From the human T2T-CHM13v2.0 reference genome, Homo sapiens, in the NCBI RefSeq assembly GCF_009914755.1, contig NC_060932.1: 64,000 nt of DNA, one strand, 5' to 3'. Made by a program: the position numbers and the translations under genes. Each line of letters opens with the position of its first letter. Position 1 is the stretch's first letter. Of the stretch, positions 55,990-64,000 are shown in pieces. Below the pieces are notes generated by a model that saw only the letters and a list, made by a program, of their open reading frames with translations, ran no database searches and was not told the DNA's origin.

Positions 55990-56505
55990 TACCAAGGCCT
56001 TACATGATCTAGTCTGTGTCTTCCTGTTTGACTTAATTTTTCCTCTTATTCACCTCTTTGCTCATCAAATCCAGCCACATGATTCTTTTTCCCATCCTTC
56101 AGACTCATCCAGGTTCATTCCCACTTTAGAGTTTTGTACTTGTGCTGGTCTCTCTACCCAGTATACTCTGCCCACCAACATTGGCATGCTGGCTTCTTCT
56201 TGTCATTCAGATCTCTGTTTAAACATCATATTCCCAGAGCTAATTCCTTGAGCATTTTGTCTAAAATAGCCCTTCCCTCTCAGTCACTTACATCTTATAA
56301 AGCTAATTGTCTTCAGACATTTAAGATCATTGACAATGACTGATGCTATATGTGCTATCTCTTTTCCTCCAATAGTAGAATATGGATTCTATGAGTAGAA
56401 ACCTTGTCTGACATTTTCCCTGCTATATCCCTAACACCATGGAATGTATATGGCACTTGACGGTTGCTCTATAAATACTTGTTGGATGACTCAATGAGTG
56501 AACAA
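55990..56505 (+). mobile_element. L2 3' fragment
   Basis: aaggccttacatgatctag..tgtatatggcac..ataaatacttgttggatgactcaatga. Confidence 0.72.
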
Positions 56506-57558
56506 ACTAGAAATATTTGTTATGGACTATAAGAGGTTGACAGTGAACTTCACCTTGCAAACCTCATAGTCTTTAGTATTGGCACTAGAAGTCTCATCTT
56601 GATCCCATGCTCAACTGGTAGAAGGCCATAGTGTTGGGTCTGGGCTGGGTTGCAGTGTCCCACTCACCTAGGCTTTGTGGAGCTTAGCTGTGGCTAGTAG
56701 AACAAGGTACCAAGGGTCAGCCAAGAAGCAATCTCCAAACTTATCAGAAAGTCCAACCTGGCCACTACTTCTTGTAGGATAGGCAAAGTGGGAAGACCTT
56801 GGTATGAAGCATAGGATATAAACTGGGGAAGCCAAACCAGAGTTCAAGTCTGGAGGAATTCCCAGAGCCATGGGAACGTGACTGTAGAAGGCCCCTATAG
56901 TTTTGGGTGAGCTGGTGAAGGAGCAGTTAGACTTACTTGGTTTAGGCACACAATGATCTTCAGTCCTTCTCTTGAAGGCATGAGCTGGCTGCAGTTGCAC
57001 TTTGCCCTACTGGAAAGGATCTGATGCCAGAGACTGACAATGGGTCAAGGGCTTGGTGGAGAGTATTCACTGCTGATTAAGTCTTTCTTGATACTGAATA
57101 GAGAGTAGATTTAGTGGAGGGGAAGGGAAGACCACAGGAAGACCACCAAAGAGATTATTCTACAGTCCAGTAAAGAGAGGACAAGAGCCAGTGATGGCAG
57201 AAGGGAGGAAGAGAAAGAGATTCATGCAAGAGAATTACTCATGCAAAATGTGCAAAATTTAAATTCAATCAGATTAGACCAATGGAAAAAGAAAAAGAAG
57301 GATGCCATGAAGACTAGGAGGATCTGAGCTTGCTCAGCATTGTAGAGGGTGTTACGGGCATTGATTAAGTTAAAGACAGCAAGGGAGAGGCGTGTGAGGG
57401 CAGAGAAATGTGCTTTACCTCTGGGCAGGCTGATGTGACAAGCTCATTGAGCCTCCAGAGAGATTTTTTCCAAAAGTAGCTGGAAATATAGGCCTACAGC
57501 ACAAAAGCCCTAGGAGCCAGGTGAACGCCTGGAAGAATAGAAGAAATTATATTATTTA

Positions 57559-57882
<324 letters not shown>

Positions 57883-58471
57883 AAAGTAAAATGGGGCTTT
57901 TGAAAGTGACCGAGAATTCTAGTAGAGGGAGGGGAAGCCAGGAGGACATTTTTATCTTGAATAAAAAGTAATGCTGATGGAGGGAAAGCTTGAAGCTGGA
58001 GGATGGTTTCTTATTCAAACGCAGTTTGGGATTGAATTACTTAAAATGTATCATGTGATTTCAGAAATCAGCTGTCTTTTTGCTTTACAAAGAGAACTCA
58101 GGAGTGTCTTTAGAGTCAGAAGCCTAGGAACCAAAACCCCAAAGGGGCCAGACCAGGAAAACCTAGCTCTCCCCAGTACAAAGGGGAAAGCGCTCCCGTT
58201 CACTGCTGCTTTCTGCACCACAACCGCTTGTGAAGAGCACTTTGTGCGAGTAATTCTGAAAACGTCACACTAAAAAAAGAATTACATGTTATTAATCATA
58301 AAAGCGAAAGCAAAAACAAACGAAGGTTTCTCCTTGCCTTCGAATGAAGACAACCAAAAGCATCAGAGGTGAAAACAAGACAGACACGACATGAAGATTG
58401 AAAACCAGATTATACCCTAGGGAGCACGCATAAAATTAAGAAAATAATTACTGACTATGAGACGTAGATCA

Positions 58472-58919
<448 letters not shown>

Positions 58920-59488
58920 TCATAAGGCGGTGTTACATTAATGAGAGAATATTATCAATTTAGCCTTGGTCCTTCTCCCTGAGCTCTTACAATAAGCCCC
59001 AGGTCAGGGTTACAGACATCAAGCAAAGGGAATACTAAGGAGGTCCAGGGATAAGACTACGAGTCAGGGGTGGTAATAAAAAGATGGTCATGTGGGGTGA
59101 GGCAGGTGGGAAGTAGGGCGGGTCTTAGCTAAGAACATCAGAGGAAGCTTCTCAGACCACACCCAAGGCTACAGGGTAAGGATCGACCGCAGAGACGGGG
59201 AGCTGCTGGCTTTCCGCGGCTGCAGCTCCTGGTGCTGCCTCTTGGACTAGTTCCCACATTACAGGTTACCTACAGCTTCCCCCAGAAATGAACATTTTCC
59301 TTTTGAAATATAGGACACAGACTCTACTATTTCTTGAGTATCTTGGAGGGCCTCCAGGCAATGTGGACCCGGAAACAGGAGATTTGGTTGTCAAATCAAC
59401 CTTGAGAAATGCTGGATTCAAATAACCTTCTTTGAATTCTCAGTGACCATTGAATTCTCAGTATATGAAGGGCTCTCCAAAGTCCTGC

Positions 59489-59951
<463 letters not shown>

Positions 59952-61029
59952 TAGTAAAGTTGAAGGGAGAAACTTTCTCAGAGGCGGGTATCTGCGGCAA
60001 TATGCATTCTGGCTAGATCCTCTCGGCACACCCATGGAAAGCTACAATACAAATTATCAATCTATTTGTAGAACACTCTGTGTGTTACAAAGAACTTTAC
60101 TACTATCTATCATAGTATGATAAATATGGTGAATATGTAAATATAGTAAATCTATGTGCATAAAGTAAATGTGGAATATGACAGGAGTTGGAGGTAGCTG
60201 AGTCAATTGTATTCTAGGAGTGCAATAAGACAAGCTTGGTTCCTGCAAGGTGTATGTCAGTTGGTTCCAGCAAGGTGAAGATGTGGGATAATTAGATCCC
60301 ACTGTCTACAGCAGTTTCCACGAGTTGAAAGCATACCTACTGCTTGCCCTGGGGGCGTTTTCCCCACCATCCCTTCTCAAGGTTCATTTCTAATTACTTG
60401 AATACCCCTAGCGTGCTGACTGAACAGGTTAATTTAAATGGGAAGACCTAAAACTCTTGTTTTTCAGCTCCTTGCCGAGGTACCTGATGATTATCCCATC
60501 GCCAACAGGGGCAAGTCCAAATGCCTTTACGTCCCTTCACGATGTCATCTCCCATCACTTTCCCTGCACGCTGTGTTCCAGCTCCTCGGAACGACCTCCC
60601 ATTTCCTGAACAGGTCACACTTCCTCCGCTTCTCACCCCTCAACATACCCACCCTGCATTCTGTTCCTGGCTGTCCTTCTTTCCTTTCTCTACCTGCAAA
60701 ACCCTCCCCAGCTCCCCAAGGCAGAGCTAGTTGCTTCTTCCCTTGGATCCCATGGCCCTTCCTACCTATGGGCCTCCCGTAGTGCCTAATGGCTTGTAAA
60801 TGATGTCCAGGGAACATTCATTGAGGGGATGGTTCATTTAGGGACTGACTTTTACTGTAGTGTCTCTGAATTTGACGTTAAGACACAGGAAAGCATGCCA
60901 CCAACTGCCAGCAGTCAATCACGATCAGTGGGAAGAGGTAGGGGCCAGAGCTGGTGCTGGCTGGCTGGGGGTGGTGGGACAGGCCTAGGTAAGTGGCTGC
61001 CAAGTATAATCTCTTTAGGGGAAGAGATA

Positions 61030-61433
61030 TGATATGGTTTGGAGGTTTGTCCCCTTCAAATCTGATGTTGACATGTGACCCCAGTGTTGGAGGTGGGGCC
61101 TAGCAGGAGGTGTTTGGATCATGGGGGTGGACCCCTCATGAATGGCTTGGTTCCCTTGGTGATGAGTGAGTTCTCACTCTATTAGTTATTGATATCTGAT
61201 GGTTAACAAGAACCTGACACCTCCCTCTCTCTCTCACTCTCACTGTGTGACACATCTGCTCCCCCTTCACTTTCTGCCATTAGTAAAAGCTTCCGGAGGC
61301 CTCCCCCAAAACAGATGCTGACACCACGCTTCTTGCACAGTCTGAAGAACCATGAGCCGAAGTAAGCCTCTTTTCTGTATGAACTACCTAGTCCTGGGTA
61401 TTTCTTTTTAGCAATGCAAAATGGACTAATACA
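61030..61433 (+). mobile_element. MSTB-like solo LTR
   Basis: tgatatggtttggaggtttgtcccc..ggaggtggggcctag..gcaaaatggactaataca. Confidence 0.9.
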
Positions 61434-62664
61434 AGGCATACATGTAAATTTTTTAAAAATGCTTTTCTAAAGAAACATAGATTTAATGAGGATAAGGAAC
61501 AATGGCCTGACAGGAAGAATGGATTCAAAGTAAGCCACCTTGAATAGTAGAGGGAAGAAGAGATGGGGCAAAGGACTGTGCCAGGGCTCTGCCTGCTGGC
61601 AGGGCAGAGATCTCACTGCGGTGCCAGGGGTGCTCCTTGTCTCAGAGTAAGGGCAGGGCTGAGGAGAAGGCTGAAGTCCCTCCCCACACCTTCAGCCTCC
61701 ATGGTAAAGGCTGGGACTTGTAGCCAGGTTCTCCTGGAAGAGAGGTAAAGGCAGTACACGATTTGCTACTGGTTTTTCACCTATTTTACCAATCATTTCC
61801 TCTTCATGTTTAACCTTCTGTTATTTGACTAAAGTCTCTAAGAAAAGCTTAGTTCCTTCTGAGCTCAGTCCACTCTTGTTATCTTTTCTCAAAATTTCTG
61901 AACTCAAAGGGACAGAAACCAGGTTTCTAGACATTCAGCTCAGCCAGGCAAACAGCCTCTAGTAATTCCAGGCAAGTGCAAAGACAAGCAGCAAATTGGG
62001 CAAACAGTAGAGATTGCACCTGTTTTCTTTTTGAGAGTATCCTTATCAGAGAGCCAGAACTAGTCATTAAATTGTGTTTGTTTGCTAACGTTGCTTTACC
62101 TTGCTGAGCTAAAAGTGCCCCCATGGACAAAAAAGATCACAGACCACTGCGATTGACAGGGACTGCAGAGTGTATTTAGTTCCTCCCACCTCATTTCATA
62201 GGGTGGAAATTGATAGGGGAAAGGGGGAATTCAAATTACAACAGACTTGATAGAATTCTTTTGCTGTTTTCCTCTAGACAGCTCAGGCTCAGTTTAAGGT
62301 CCTTTTAAAAAGCCCCCATTTTCTGATCTGCTCCTTCAGAAACAGGGCAGCAAATATAAGGATGGGAACAGAAGTGAGAAAGGCACTCCGAAGCAACGGA
62401 CACAAAAGAAGAGCGATTGATGGACCTGCCCGAGCTTGGGTAGATAATTCCACTCTGAACCAATCCTGGCATAGAGGAAAGACCATAAAATATTGATCCA
62501 TGAACAGATATATCGAATTACCCATTCCTTCTTAAAATATACTAGTGGACAGACGCAGCGATACAGGTACATATCTTAACTGCTAATCCCATAAACGTGA
62601 TTGAGCATCCACTCTGTATTAAATCCACAGAGATTAAAGTAAGGATATGCATATGTATAATGAG

Positions 62665-62895
62665 AAGAACAAACATTTATTGAGAGCTACAATGTTCCAG
62701 GGGCTGGACCAAGTTATATCCTTAATAGTAACTACACTTAACCTTAATAGTAAGTACAATTGTTTGTCCATTTTATAGGTAAGGAAACTGAGAGTAGGTT
62801 GATGAAGTAGCGTGCCCGAGGTCACACAGCTGACAGGTGACAGTGCTGAGATTCTGAATTAGTTTAGCCTGAGTTCCTAATCATTCTGCCCCAGT
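62665..62895 (-). mobile_element. MIR
   Basis: aacatttattgagagctac..cattttataggtaaggaaactgag..cccgaggtcacacagct. Confidence 0.8.
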
Positions 62896-62989
62896 GACCT
62901 CCATGAGACTAGATCCCTGGAACCTGCAGTAAAATGGGTGGCGCATACCCAAACGGAGTGCCAGTACCACGTGATAAGAACTTCAAATG

Positions 62990-63298
62990 GGACAAGGGAA
63001 GATGGGATAAAGAACAGGGAGATTTGCTAAATGATACAAAATTACAGCTGGATAGGAGGCGGAAGGTCTAGTGTTCTATAGCACTGTAGGATGACTGTAG
63101 TTAATAGAAACATATAGTTTCAAAGAGCTAGAAGGAGGATCTTGAAAATTTCTAACACAAAGAAATGATAATGTTTGATGTGACAGATATGCTAATTATC
63201 CCGATCTGATCACTATACCTTCTATGTATCAAAAGATCGCTAAGCACCCCATAAATTTGTACAATTATTATTTGTCAATTAAATAAATAAAAGAAAAA
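62990..63298 (+). mobile_element. L1MA 3' end
   Basis: atacaaaattacagctggataggagg..gatatgctaattatcccgatctgatcactatac..ttgtcaattaaataaa; flanked by (t/c)caaatgg. Confidence 0.85.
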
Positions 63299-63378
63299 GG
63301 ATTCCAAATGGCAAAAAGGAAAGAAAGAATTCACAGGGAAGGTAACGCTAGAGCAGACGCTTGAAGAATGAGGGAGGA

Positions 63379-63543
63379 GACCAGGTGAGGTGGCTCATGC
63401 CTGTAATCCTAACACTTACGGAGTCTGAGGTGAGAGGATTACGTGAGCCAAGGGGATCGAGACCAGCCTGGGTAACATAGCAAGACTCCGTCTCTATTTT
63501 TAATACATATTTATATTATAAAATTTAAAAAAAAAAAGAGAGA
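63379..63543 (+). mobile_element. FLAM_C / Alu monomer
   Basis: Single Alu arm with A-rich tail; TSD agaatgagggagga. Confidence 0.85.
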
Positions 63544-64000
63544 GAATGAGGGAGGAGATGTCCATTTGGAAAGGAGTGGAGGAGTGGAAACGCGCCTTAG
63601 GAATGGGGTTGAACTAAATAGGAACATCGTACCTGATGCTGTAGAAGAACCGTTCGAATGGCGCCAGGGTCAGACAAAACGTACCCCGGGGGCTCAGATG
63701 GTGGCCTAAATCCAGCTGAAGAGAGAGACCAACCTCCATGCAGTCGGGATGAAGAGTTGTAGACCACAAGGTGGAAATGGCCGTTGGCCATCGGAGCTCA
63801 ACCTTCATGGAGACTGGTGCGCCACTGCCCTCTCAGGTCACCAGCTGGACGCTGCCCTGGAGTAGACTAGCTGGGAGGGTTATGCAGGGTAGGGACGCAG
63901 CCAAATGGAGCTGCCAAGAACCAGAGAAATTACTGAAGATGGTGTCAAGTCCTCTGAAACAGTCTCCCTTTCCATAGCCCCTGGCTTCATCCAGCCTCAC

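Noticed and set aside
63560-64000. CpG-containing segment with short ORFs that looked exon-like
   Set aside because: No frame gives a recognisable protein; partly resembles degenerate L2; truncated by the window end

Overview
Primate (almost certainly human/hominid) repeat-rich non-coding genomic DNA. I find no protein-coding exon, tRNA or rRNA; the long ORFs in the track are by-products of Alu, SVA, LTR, L2 and microsatellite sequence. The window holds ~25 Alu/FLAM copies, ~17 solo LTRs or LTR fragments (MaLR, ERV1, ERVL; several with intact TG..CA ends and 4-5 bp TSDs), one young 5'-truncated SVA with a perfect 18-bp TSD, old L1M/L2/CR1/MIR remnants, hAT/Tigger MITEs and several microsatellites. 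The most notable items are: (1) an old U6 snRNA/L1 chimeric retrocopy inside one TSD pair; (2) an imperfect ~125-bp palindrome whose centre is a perfect 23-nt copy of sequence 818 bp upstream (candidate templated-insertion/fold-back repair scar); (3) an ERV1 LTR with two intact STAT GAS motifs next to a second LTR and an ARE/AP-1 site; (4) a (GGAA)16 microsatellite and a compound AGAAT/AGAAC Alu-tail pentamer. I see no convincing evidence for a wholly new biological system. Repeat subfamily names are from my recollection of consensus sequences and need RepeatMasker/Dfam confirmation; I cannot assign the chromosomal locus.
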